A stretch of 63,284 bases of DNA, filler included, from Licmophora abbreviata (Eukaryota): the NCBI GenBank assembly GCA_900291995.1. It is 5 parts of 5 records of this genome, joined end to end, with 100 filler letters (N's around TTAATTAATTAA, not from the genome) between each part and the next. Parts side by side here need not be neighbours in the genome. Positions count along the whole stretch, not along the records: positions 38,819 to 57,856 come from OLMU01006031.1; positions 57,957 to 61,792 come from OLMU01006032.1; positions 61,893 to 63,284 come from OLMU01006042.1; 2 more parts are not named here. One strand, given 5' to 3'. Below are positions 51,809-61,894 of this stretch, piece after piece; position 1 is the first letter of the stretch, and every line of letters begins with the position of its first letter. The notes beneath the pieces are model-generated. The model was not told the DNA's origin. It worked only from the letters and a program-made list of their open reading frames with translations, and ran no database searches. The position numbers and the translations under genes were made by a program.

Positions 51809-53167
51809 CTAGATAGCTGAGCTATCCTTATCCAAGTGCTTCCGTGCCTCGCACACGGCGAGATCTGAGATCTCTTTGATGGGAATCCCGGTTTCCAGCG
51901 AAATGTCTTTGCAGTGATCAAATTCCGCCTTCACTGACACAATCTCGTCTCCCATATAGCCAACTTTCACGTCAATTATTCCGTCGCGCTTGGAGTCTCT
52001 GAAGCGAGTGTATATAGGCACAACCTCGCGTTTCAGGGCTGCTCGCGCAACGTCGGTCCGTACACGGACACCGAGTGTAGTCGTGTGTCGAAACAAAAGC
52101 TCTAGCAGCGCGTAGGTTTGGTTGGAGCGACAGAGACAGTGCAATGTATATGCCGCGCGTCCCTTTTTCATGACAATTTGTGTTACCCAGGCGTCGGCAG
52201 CACCATGGAGGAGCAGAAGTTCAACTGCGAATGCCAGCGACTCGGCCGTCATGTCGTCCAGATTGGCCTCAAGTATGGTCATGGTATCAATGTGCCAAGG
52301 CAAGGTATTGGATTCGGGACATTGATGACAGTCCTTTCGTCCTATTATTGTGCTACTGGCATCACCAGGTCTTCCAATTATAAGTCTCAGACAAAGGGTC
52401 GAGTTCGGTCCGCCGGTACCTACGCCAATTTGTTGGGGTCGAAACGCAGCAGGCATAACAGCTACGGCAGTCACAGTATTACTCACCGTTTTCGATGAGT
52501 TGGTCAAAGCGCGTAACAGTGCAGCCGCGCTTGGAGTGACAAGCTCCGTATTCGACAAGTGTGCTGGGCCAGGGCAAGTCGGCATCCCCAGAAGTAGCTG
52601 TAAGGCTGTGGGCGACGGTATAGGAAGGAAGCTCTCGTCATCGGAGTAGGTCGAGCCTTGTCCGAGCGGTATCGGCCCACAGGACACAGTTTCTACTCCC
52701 AAATGATGCAGCAGAAAGGCTGTAAACAGAATTGCGATGAGCGACTGCCCATCGAGTGCAACTGAGGTAGTCGGCACGCCACGAACAGACGATTCGGCTT
52801 CCTCCCACCCCGATAAGACCTGATGAACAGTTTCTCTAACTCGAATCGGCACGCTCAGAGGCCCCACACCGTCAAAGATTCCAATGAGCTGGCGAGAGTT
52901 TTGCTGCTCGCGAGCGATGTTTGAGGTGATTTGGAGCCGCGCTTTCCGTGCCTCCATCCCATATATTTGAACACGCTCCGTCTCCAAACGAAAGTCGGCG
53001 ACCACACCGGCTAGAGCGTCGTGCAGGAGCTCTTGAGCATCATCGGACGGATCGAGAGCGTCAACGCACGCTGCTAGCATGCAATCTATAGATGCCCCTC
53101 CAAAACAATCCCAGTGGGCATGCCTTGACTTTGGAATCTCCGGACGATCCGCCGTTCGATCGCTCAT
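51809..53167 (-). CDS. larC: LarC-family (DUF111) nickel-pincer cofactor nickel insertase homolog with a divergent N-domain; intronless
   Basis: HWDCFGGAS, PIPSPTALQLL, ELVTPSAAA, LEANLDD, MKKGR, TTTLGVR, VKVG, KAEFDHC. Confidence 0.9.
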   Translation of the reverse strand: MSDRTADRPEIPKSRHAHWDCFGGASIDCMLAACVDALDPSDDAQELLHDALAGVVADFRLETERVQIYGMEARKARLQITSNIAREQQNSRQLIGIFDGVGPLSVPIRVRETVHQVLSGWEEAESSVRGVPTTSVALDGQSLIAILFTAFLLHHLGVETVSCGPIPLGQGSTYSDDESFLPIPSPTALQLLLGMPTCPGPAHLSNTELVTPSAAALLRALTNSSKTVSNTVTAVAVMPAAFRPQQIGVGTGGPNSTLCLRLIIGRPGDASSTIIGRKDCHQCPESNTLPWHIDTMTILEANLDDMTAESLAFAVELLLLHGAADAWVTQIVMKKGRAAYTLHCLCRSNQTYALLELLFRHTTTLGVRVRTDVARAALKREVVPIYTRFRDSKRDGIIDVKVGYMGDEIVSVKAEFDHCKDISLETGIPIKEISDLAVCEARKHLDKDSSAI

Positions 53168-53456
53168 GGTGCATTCGCTTTGACAAGCCAACCTCAGCGC
53201 TTTTTCTCGATTCCATTCTCAGTTCTCCATTGAACAGTATAGTACTGACAGGCTACGAGCTATCATACGTGAGAATGAGTATGTCTTTACACTAACTGCC
53301 GCTAACGCCTCAAACATTCATGATACATGACATGTAGATTGCCAGTCTTCCGTATCATGGACGTGCCGCGCGGATTCTTGGTATCGTATCATACGCGTTG
53401 TGGATGTTCTACTTCCAAATTCTGAATCGCACCGAGCACCGCAACTGCCGTCGACC

Positions 53457-54526
53457 ATGGCGAAGACCCCGTTTTCGTCCTTCTTGGCGACGTCTCCGAC
53501 GGAGACGTCAGACCCAATCCCTAAAAAACCACCCGTTCTCTCACAGGGAGTGATTTTTGCGACGTCAGGATTGGGAGGATGCTTAGGCTGGGCTCTAATT
53601 CACCCTGCGAATACGCTGGCGGTACGAATGTCACTGGCGAACATGTCGGGCAAGCCGTTTAGCTTCTCAGGAATGATCAAGGACTCGGGATACATGTCGC
53701 TCTATGATGGACTCTCTGCAGGTGTCATGCGGCAGGTTTTCTACGCATCGTCGCGTTTCGGGCTCTTTGAAACTTTCCGTGATAACCTCCATGAAATCCG
53801 CGGCAAGACGGATTTCGCCGCCCGGTACGTGCTTATCAGTACTAGTACTCCGAAGCCGTTGATGATACTTGTTATCTACTTTCTCTAACTTGCTTTGAAT
53901 CAAACTCTCCTCGTTCCGTTTCCTCTCGCTACTTTAGCGTCGGCGTGGGAGCCATCACTGGGGGGATCGCAGCTTACATCAGTTGCCCCATGGAAGTAGC
54001 TGTCGTACGAATGAGTAACGACTCGACTTTGCCTGTCGAAGAGCGACGCAACTACAAGAACGTCTTCGACACAGCCGGTCGCATTATTCGAGAAGAAGGC
54101 GTCGCCACTTTTTGGAGAGGATCCACCCCTTTTGTGCAGAGAGCCATGATGGTCGGTGTCTTTCAAGTAGCAACGCTTGATCAGTTCAAGGAACTCTATG
54201 CTCACTATCTCAATCAAAAGAAGAATTCTATCCCCAATGTCTTTTGTGCTGCAATGACCTCCGGCTTGATCTACTCCATTGCTACTATGCCGTTGGAGGC
54301 AAGTAAGAATCGTATGGCAGGTCAGAAAGCTGACAAGGTCACTGGAGAGCTTCCGTACCGAGGCACGTTGCAAACGATTCGCAAAATCACAGCGGATGAG
54401 GGATTCCTGGCTCTTTTCAATGGCTTTGTACCGTACTATGCGCGTTGTGGAGGTCACACGGTCTCCATGTTCATTATTGTACAGATGATTCGTGATTTCT
54501 ACATTGCACAAGGATATGCGGGATGA
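53457..54526 (+). CDS. Mitochondrial carrier, 2-oxoglutarate/malate (OGC/DTC-like); intron 53825-53937
   Basis: GLSAGVMRQVFYASSRFG, PMEVAVVRM..D..LP.EERRNYKNVF, PLEASKNRM, GFVPYYAR. Confidence 0.9.
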
Positions 54527-54849
54527 TGTTCCGAATCGAATCAGTTGGGAGCCTCACTCAGGTGGCCTGTTGACTGTTTGAGCGGGCGTGGAAAGGACAT
54601 GATCGACGAATGGCGTGATGATAGTAGAAACGGGGCCACTACCAGCAGTTGCGAGCAACAACTGCGTAACGTGACATCAGACTACCTTTCAACGAATATC
54701 TGCAGTACCGGTAGCTAGTAGGAGTGGCAAAAAACTAGTCTGATGGGTTAGTTTCAAGTTTTCTGTATGAAATCCCGCCAACTTACTCTCTTAGCGTTCG
54801 TCCGCACAATTACATTCTCCCCATTGTTTGTAGCGACTCTTTTAATGTT

Positions 54850-56970
54850 TTAGCTCTGATTTGAGATCACTATTTGGTAGACTTGCGATAGGTCGTCGCT
54901 GTTGACACCAAAGAACGTACGAAACACGTCGTACAAGAGGAACTGGCCCGCAATAATGCTTCCTGCCCACAGACAACGACTGCCAAGGCCACGAAACAAG
55001 GACCCCGGGCCTTCCTGTTCCACCATGACACGGCAACCCTCGATCACACCTAGACTCGAGCGTCTGTCGCTGTTTTGTGCGACATAAGTTAATACTGAAT
55101 CCGCCGGTTGGCTCACGATACTCGACAGGGTCCCTGACAGACCACCTGCCACCAAACTGACCGTTAGCGATGTCCATGTTGCGTCGTGTAACATAGGCCA
55201 CACTCCAAAGATGGCTTCACATGCCCGTTCAAATGCGAGAAACTTGACCGATCCGAAAATGACTTGTCGTGTGAGTAGCGACGGAAATCCAGAGTACAGC
55301 GTTCGCCAGCCGAGTCTGGGGTCTTCGAGCGACACTTCCTGCAGTGTTCCGAGAAGGCCAATCGGTCGATACCTTTCGGGGTTGGCCACAGATCGAATTC
55401 GGCAGCACTCCAAAGGAGTCAGTCCAATACTGGCAATCACTGCGGCAAGGGCGCCTGCCATCAAGGCAATATCATGGACATGCACGGCTGCAACTTCGGG
55501 TGGAAAGAATGACTGTCCCAAGAAGCGCTTGAAGAAGGTATAACTGGGATACACAGACACACCATACCATAGATAGCCGACAATGGTGGCTTGCGCTCCA
55601 AGCAGCAATCCTTGAATCCCTTCCTTTGCCACGATAGTTTTTGCCGCATTTATCAAACTACGACCATCTTCCCCCGGATCTGTTTGACTTCGTGTTTTGA
55701 CCACGTCCAGTGGGATAACAACGGTATGCGTAAGTGCACAGCCAGTTGCACCGCTGACTCCAAACAGGGTGTAAATATCCGGTGAGTAGTATGGCAGCTC
55801 ACGCTTAAGTGGTACGGCAGACAGTGGGCCAAAGGCAGTCGCCGTTGCCGTCTGACCGAACTCTTCGTCAATGCCAACTTCAAAGAGACTTATGGATGGC
55901 GTCACCATAAACTTGGGGCTGCTGCTTTCTTGAATAATCGTGTATTCAGCAGGCAACAAGACAGCAAAATCTTGCGAGAAGATCGTGTCCAAAGGCAGCG
56001 CAGCCTCCCTGATAGTAGTTGTCGGTGAAGCATATCGTCGCCCGATCGTCGAGAGTGCCTTGAGCAAGTCTATCGGTTGATATGCAGCAGGTAACGTAGC
56101 AAAGAGAATACCGATTTGCCGTTTGGTTTCCGGATCGCTACCATACTTATTGAGAAAGACTCTCATGAGTTGTCGAAACGTGTCCCGAATCAGGCTTGCA
56201 TCGCCGTTCGTGTGAAGCGATGATGATGATGACTTCAGAAAGTCATCGATGGAAATCTGCACAGACATACTAAAGCCTCCAAAGGTGCGCCCCAGTCTTG
56301 CTTGTCTCTGGTCGTTGCGCATCAAGGAAGAGCTTTGCTGGACAGAGTTCCACCACGCTGAAACGTCGTCGTCGTAGTTTATGAGAAATCGAGCTGCGTA
56401 TGTGCAAAAGGTCGCCGGAACGATTGTATCAGTGGACTTTGTCATGGTGTATGTGGAGGGCTCTTTCCAGCGTCCTTCCCCCAGTTGAACATGTTGCAGG
56501 GACTGTCGAATGGGGTCTTGTGCTGGTGCAGCTGTTTTCGGATTTGCCACGGCAATCAGTGGTATCAGGGCTGCGGCCGATAGAGTCTGGAGCGCTCGTC
56601 TCCGACTCTGAGCGGTTGCTGAAGTATCTCTCTCGTCATAATGAGCCGCACAGGCGATAGTACGCCCGAAACGCGAGTTCTGATGCGCTCGTCGAGCGTA
56701 AGAAGTGAACGCAGTGCATTGATTTCGTGTCAAACAGAGCAAAGCGACAATGGCGACCGTAGCGAGCACTGAGGCGTAAATTCTGCGTCGCAAGCGCCTT
56801 GGTTTCAGTACACATGAGGTAGCTGTTCTATCGGACACTCTTCTATCGTAGATCGTCCCCTGTGTCATCATTTCTTGCTGACCAACAGCGGCGAAAGGCG
56901 ACGTCGCTATTTCATTCTCTGTCTTCTGTGACAGCGATTTTTGATTTTTGGATCTTTCAATATCTTTCAT
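54850..56970 (-). CDS. Mitochondrial-carrier-family protein (phosphate-carrier-like) with a ~390-aa N-terminal extension; start uncertain
   Basis: PLDVVKTR, PLECCRIR, SQPADSVL, GCALTH, LLTRQ..FGSVKF. Upstream signal-like segment ending CTA-F and an RRR-hydrophobic segment. Confidence 0.85.
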   Translation of the reverse strand: MKDIERSKNQKSLSQKTENEIATSPFAAVGQQEMMTQGTIYDRRVSDRTATSCVLKPRRLRRRIYASVLATVAIVALLCLTRNQCTAFTSYARRAHQNSRFGRTIACAAHYDERDTSATAQSRRRALQTLSAAALIPLIAVANPKTAAPAQDPIRQSLQHVQLGEGRWKEPSTYTMTKSTDTIVPATFCTYAARFLINYDDDVSAWWNSVQQSSSLMRNDQRQARLGRTFGGFSMSVQISIDDFLKSSSSSLHTNGDASLIRDTFRQLMRVFLNKYGSDPETKRQIGILFATLPAAYQPIDLLKALSTIGRRYASPTTTIREAALPLDTIFSQDFAVLLPAEYTIIQESSSPKFMVTPSISLFEVGIDEEFGQTATATAFGPLSAVPLKRELPYYSPDIYTLFGVSGATGCALTHTVVIPLDVVKTRSQTDPGEDGRSLINAAKTIVAKEGIQGLLLGAQATIVGYLWYGVSVYPSYTFFKRFLGQSFFPPEVAAVHVHDIALMAGALAAVIASIGLTPLECCRIRSVANPERYRPIGLLGTLQEVSLEDPRLGWRTLYSGFPSLLTRQVIFGSVKFLAFERACEAIFGVWPMLHDATWTSLTVSLVAGGLSGTLSSIVSQPADSVLTYVAQNSDRRSSLGVIEGCRVMVEQEGPGSLFRGLGSRCLWAGSIIAGQFLLYDVFRTFFGVNSDDLSQVYQIVISNQS

Positions 56971-57426
56971 CTCTCTTTCTTTTTGAGATGAGACGCGGTA
57001 AAGACACGCTGCGCTGGCGCGCCTCCAGCGCTAGATTCCACATTCAGCTGTGAATACTTCTCTATATTGAAGATATGACACAAGCTACCCGGAGGTAAGA
57101 TTTGGTAACCGAACTGACTTCCGCGTGGAGCGCCGGTCTGAGAAGCCAACTCTTTACTTGAACCTCGAACACGAAACATCAAAAGAACAGTAGTCTACAG
57201 CTGTCTCCAGTCCTATCCTTTTCTCTTCAAGTTTCTATCGATTGCGGCCAGATTGCCCGTTGATTGTTTTCATGAACGCGCTGGGTGACTGATTAGGGGA
57301 CCGTACCGTATCACACGATTCATTCAATTCTTATTGAGTGCAATCCGAGGACTTTCAACTTGTAAACTTCAAGACGATTGATCACTTCTTTTCCCGCCAA
57401 ACTTTCACCTCTCGAAGTACTGTACC

Positions 57427-57856
57427 ATGGTCAGATTCATCGTTCTTTCGTCGTCACTGCTTCTTCTGTCTGTCCTGTTTACCAGTACAAGTACCGCTGT
57501 GGTAGCTGCTTTTGCTGGGACCACCAAGAGCTACAGTCGACCCAATCCAGCATGGATCTCAGGAAAGCGAGCATCCGCAACACGACACGGCATGCTGCCT
57601 CACTCCTCTGACGTGATGGTATCCAACATGTGGATTTCTACCATTGATTCCGACATTGCCAACATCCCAACGAACGAATTTGCTCCAGTTTTCATCGGAG
57701 GCATGGTGGTCATGCTCGGCGGTGTTCTATCGGCACTCATTGTTGGATTTATACTTGATAAGCGTGATCTATATGCGAACGTCGTGGCGGATTCTTACGC
57801 ACAAGCTGGCGAAAACGACGAAGAGTTTTGGAGGGGGCTCTCCAACGAAGAAAAAA
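57427..57856 (+). CDS. Probable plastid-targeted membrane protein, 3'-truncated at contig end
   Basis: Signal peptide, VAA-F motif, one TM (FAPVFIGGMVVMLGGVLSALIVGFIL). Runs into Ns. Confidence 0.75.
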
Positions 57857-57956
57857 NNNNNNNNNNNNNNNNNNNNNNNNNNNNNNNNNNNNNNNNNNNN
57901 TTAATTAATTAANNNNNNNNNNNNNNNNNNNNNNNNNNNNNNNNNNNNNNNNNNNN
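57857..57956. other. Artificial contig linker
   Basis: N44-TTAATTAATTAA-N44. Confidence 0.98.
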
Positions 57957-58228
57957 CTCGTGGAGGAGTGGATTGCGTATCCGTCGTAAGTTTAAAGTCT
58001 ATATCCACAACTCCGCCGACGAGCCGATGATGAACGGAAAAAATGACGTGATACACATTTTGAATTTTTTTAACTGGTCAGTAGTCGAAGAAGTCGAAAA
58101 TGACGCTGGCGCCACGTGGAGTGTGATAGGTGATCTGAAATAGAGTGATGTTTCGTTTCGACCATGATGACACAAGTCTACACGACGCTGGCGACGATCC
58201 AAACTAGCAACGATCCAAACTAGCAACG

Positions 58229-59701
58229 ATGATGCGCCGTCATCTTATTCTTATCCTTGGATGCAGTCGCCTGGTACAGGCAGTCCAGCAAGGATACGCA
58301 GACTATTCTTCTTCTTCTTCTTCTGCTTCGACCCCACCTACTGCCGGAGCTCGCCGCGAACGAAATCTCGATCACTGGGATGTCGACACCTTGGCCTACT
58401 ATCTGGGCATCGATCCGGCCACAGGAGAGCCTCAGGCTCAGCACGAATATCCTGGACACGATGCAGTCGTCATGGTGGGTAATCGTATGATGCATGCTTG
58501 CTATGATGCTACTCCTATACTCGTAGCTACTATCTACTACTGTGTGTGTGTAACCAAACCGTAGCTACAAACACACTTACTCTCCTTTTTCATATCAGTT
58601 TTACGCACAGTGGTGTCAGAACTGTCACGCCTTGGCACCCTCCTATGACGCCATTGCCACTCACTTGCATGCGGGAAAACGCAAGAGTCGTTTGATCATG
58701 AGTCTCTTTGATTGCGAAGCCGATCTTCAGCATGCCACGCTCTGCAGTGCCATTGGCATTGAACATTACCCCACCGTACTCTTTGTCGGAGCTGGAACCT
58801 ACCATGACAGTGATGCTGTCACGCGCATCTTTCTAAAGAAAAATACGGCTGCGCCTCTTCCGCATACGACAAAGTATCCTGGACAACTCTATCCGGATGC
58901 CATTCTCGATTGGGTGAGATTGATGCAGGGCTTGTCGCGATGGCACAGATGGACGTCAGACCATGGGGTCTTGCGGATATTGAGAAATGGACTCTTGGGA
59001 TTCTTGCGGCCTTCCTCGACGTCCGTCTATGGGGCCTCTCGAGGCGGTGACGCTCTGCCGGTCGGTATTCCTGGGACACTCGTGTCGGGTAGTAGGAGTG
59101 TCAGTAGCAGCGGTGGTGGTGCTCCGTCGACATATGCACTGCAGCAACAAGTTTCACACCTCACGGAGGCACTCGAAACATCCACAACACAAACCACTCT
59201 GTTGGAAAAGGCTACCGTCTTTCAGGGATCCTTGATGGAAACCTTGCTCTTTTCACCGACTAACACTACTACGGATATATTTGGTCACGTGACGAACCAC
59301 ACGGCCGGGGGCTGGTTGACGGAAGATCCCGTCTTACTCTCCCAACGCACGTGTTTGATGGATCTCAGTATGGATTTCTGCAGCCGTGTCAATACACGCA
59401 TTGCCCATGACTTTATTGAAACGGAGCTCGATATGGACATGTTGGATGCGCTAAACATGACGGAACTGGAAGAGACACTCATGAAACGGCTAGGGGAAAG
59501 CGAGCCCTATTGTGCGATATTCGAACGTGTTTGGACAACGAATTTGCCGAGGCAAAGTGTCGTCCTACACAGTGTCCATTTCAAGAAGCTGGTGGGTGTC
59601 GTTATGTCAATGCCTGCGCAAAACGAATCCAGCGTTCCATAAGTTTGGCTTCCTCGGGATCCAGTCTGTTGAGATTGGGGACACCATGCTTGGAGAGGTG
59701 A
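58229..59701 (+). CDS. Secretory-pathway thioredoxin/PDI-like protein (WCQNC) with Cys-rich C-terminus; intron 58475-58598; apparent frameshift near 59524; 3' end uncertain
   Basis: Signal peptide, spliced VVM|FYAQWCQNCHALAP, FDCE...LC..IGIEHYPT. Cys-rich tail continues in another frame. Confidence 0.8.
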
Positions 59702-61248
59702 GTGCGAAGCTCACGATCCGATACAAAAGAATGGACCTCCCCGGTGGCGTCCGAAAGTTTGTAGGCGCCCCCCTGATATGCGAAGCCCAGCTTCTGAAGG
59801 GGTCCCCAAATGTCCTTTAAAAACGATGGGACGGGCTCCTTCCGCCACCACTCCTCGGGAAGCTTCCTTTTTGGCCTATTGGGAAACGGCTTTTGTGACA
59901 CTTTGGGTGGCTTTTCTTTCTCGGTCAGCTTGGCGCGTGCCTTGAACCTGGCAGCCTTTGTTCGAAGAGGTCCCGTCATAAGTGGCGACTTCCGTTTCGC
60001 GGGTGCGTCGCCATTCTGCTGACGCTCGTACTCGATCACTTTGGTGGGCGATTCAAAGTAATCTACGCCCAGTTGACCGCCTTTCACTGTCTTTAGGGGG
60101 CGAACATAATACCAGTTGTGCAGCGGGTGACTGGCTGGTTGTGCAGTCCAACCCCGCTGTTTGAGGTCCGGCCATAGACGGCAGGTCCATTGATATTGGT
60201 CTTCTTCAGACATATCGCTACCAGTTGAATGATCGTCGGGGGGAAGCGGCTTGGCAGGATCCCTGATTTTGGTGCGATGTTTAGGGGTGGCAAGAGAAGG
60301 CTTGGTAGCAGCACTTCGCCTGTGACTTTTCTTGTTGGCGACAGCATTGCCTTGTTGCAATTTGCGCTTTGTGGATTTGTTCCTCCCAGCCTTACCGGGA
60401 AGCACAGGCTGCGTGTCGTCATGTATATTGTCGTCACTGGAGTCGTACAGGATCTTGGGGTTCCATTTGTAGTGCGCATGCACGAACCGCTTGAGCTGCG
60501 TTTGAGTGAAAATAGTGTCGTTCACATAACCATCTCTTAGCTTGACACCCGGCTGAAGGTACCATGTCCGGCCTTCTTCGTCATGACGTTTCTTCCATCC
60601 TTGTTGGGCCAGTTTGTCCCAGACGCTTGAAAACGTATCGGTCGAGCGGAAGGGTATACCTGAATAGGGTAGAAAGGACTGCATCGTAAAACAGGAGGAG
60701 GTGGAGTCGTCCGAGGGAACACGCGCAGGCGGCTTTCTGGCAGCGTTTGGTAGGGCCTTTTTATTTTTCACAGCGATGGGGTGGGATGGTCCACGAGAGG
60801 TCGTCGCAGTCTCTGTCGACGTCTCGGCAGGTCCGTGGTCGGAGAGATTGAGAGTGGCCAGGATGGCGTCCATGAGGTCAAAGTCGTAGAGTTCTGGGTG
60901 TGCTGCCTGATGCGCCATGGCAAGACCCAAAGATGTGAAGATATCTTTCTTTTCGACGTTGCCTTCGAGCAAGAAGAAGGAATCTTCGCTTGTCTCATCG
61001 GTGACGAAGCGAGCTACCGGTCCGGGGTTCCCCTCAGAGACAACTTTCCTGGCGACTTTGACTTTGACTGCAAACGGGAGTTCGGTGGGATGCTGTTGCA
61101 GCACGTGGCCGTAGTCTTCGTATTCAATCATTGGACACCACGCACTGGCACGGTCCCTTCGAGCCAAGAACAAGCGACCCTCATACGACAGCTTTTCAGA
61201 CGTGTCGCGCCCGACAGAGAAAGAAACGCTGCTGGTACTCGTCATCAT
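59602..61248 (-). CDS. Hypothetical nuclear protein with three W-x-x-L-x-x-x-G(W/F) modules
   Basis: Long ORF with WDKLAQQGW, WPDLKQRGW...WYYVRP...GVDYFES and WGPLQKLGF modules separated by basic linkers. Confidence 0.7.
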   Translation of the reverse strand: MMTSTSSVSFSVGRDTSEKLSYEGRLFLARRDRASAWCPMIEYEDYGHVLQQHPTELPFAVKVKVARKVVSEGNPGPVARFVTDETSEDSFFLLEGNVEKKDIFTSLGLAMAHQAAHPELYDFDLMDAILATLNLSDHGPAETSTETATTSRGPSHPIAVKNKKALPNAARKPPARVPSDDSTSSCFTMQSFLPYSGIPFRSTDTFSSVWDKLAQQGWKKRHDEEGRTWYLQPGVKLRDGYVNDTIFTQTQLKRFVHAHYKWNPKILYDSSDDNIHDDTQPVLPGKAGRNKSTKRKLQQGNAVANKKSHRRSAATKPSLATPKHRTKIRDPAKPLPPDDHSTGSDMSEEDQYQWTCRLWPDLKQRGWTAQPASHPLHNWYYVRPLKTVKGGQLGVDYFESPTKVIEYERQQNGDAPAKRKSPLMTGPLRTKAARFKARAKLTEKEKPPKVSQKPFPNRPKRKLPEEWWRKEPVPSFLKDIWGPLQKLGFAYQGGAYKLSDATGEVHSFVSDRELRTHLSKHGVPNLNRLDPEEAKLMERWIRFAQALT

Positions 61249-61792
61249 TGTTGGGACGCTGTGTGAAACTTTTGACTTTTGACTTTTGCTCTGTTGGGTG
61301 TAAAAAAGCAACCACTTTTTTGCCACAAGCTGGCTGGCTCGCGTCGAACGTTGTTACCACGCTTTTGAAAATTTCTGGCGCACGAGCTCTGCTCTGAGGA
61401 GAGCCAAGGGAGCACGAAACTGCCTCGAAGATCGAAGTCATCACATGAACATGAAGATAGTCTAGAGTGCCAAATATCATACGAGTAGACCTTATGCATA
61501 TGAATTGGCTTGGACATGCCTTAGTTCTATTGGTACCTGTCAGCAACTCTATGGAGATAAGGGATACCGTGACACGTCGCATGCCATATGCCATCTCGTC
61601 CTGCTGGGCTGGCGTAGAAAGGAAAGTGCTTCTTTATCTAGTCGTATTCGTACTGACATATATTATGATGCTACTAGTCTACTGCAGTAGTTCAGTCTCA
61701 CCGTGATTAATTCATTTTGGTGCCATGTTATTGTCTACCGCCTCCAAGTCGTCTCGATCTGATTCATACAACTTGTTTCTTTACACATGCGA

Positions 61793-61892
61793 NNNNNNNN
61801 NNNNNNNNNNNNNNNNNNNNNNNNNNNNNNNNNNNNTTAATTAATTAANNNNNNNNNNNNNNNNNNNNNNNNNNNNNNNNNNNNNNNNNNNN
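61793..61892. other. Artificial contig linker
   Basis: N44-TTAATTAATTAA-N44. Confidence 0.98.
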
Positions 61893-61894
61893 AT

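Noticed and set aside
43747..53167. NDPK as a CTP supplier functionally clustered with LarC
   Set aside because: About 7 kb apart with unrelated genes between; NDPK looks mitochondrial and no larB/larE/larA is in the window.
15873..61892. Recurring TTAATTAATTAA flanked by Ns as a biological repeat
   Set aside because: Identical 100-bp spacers with six-frame stops are a contig-concatenation artefact.
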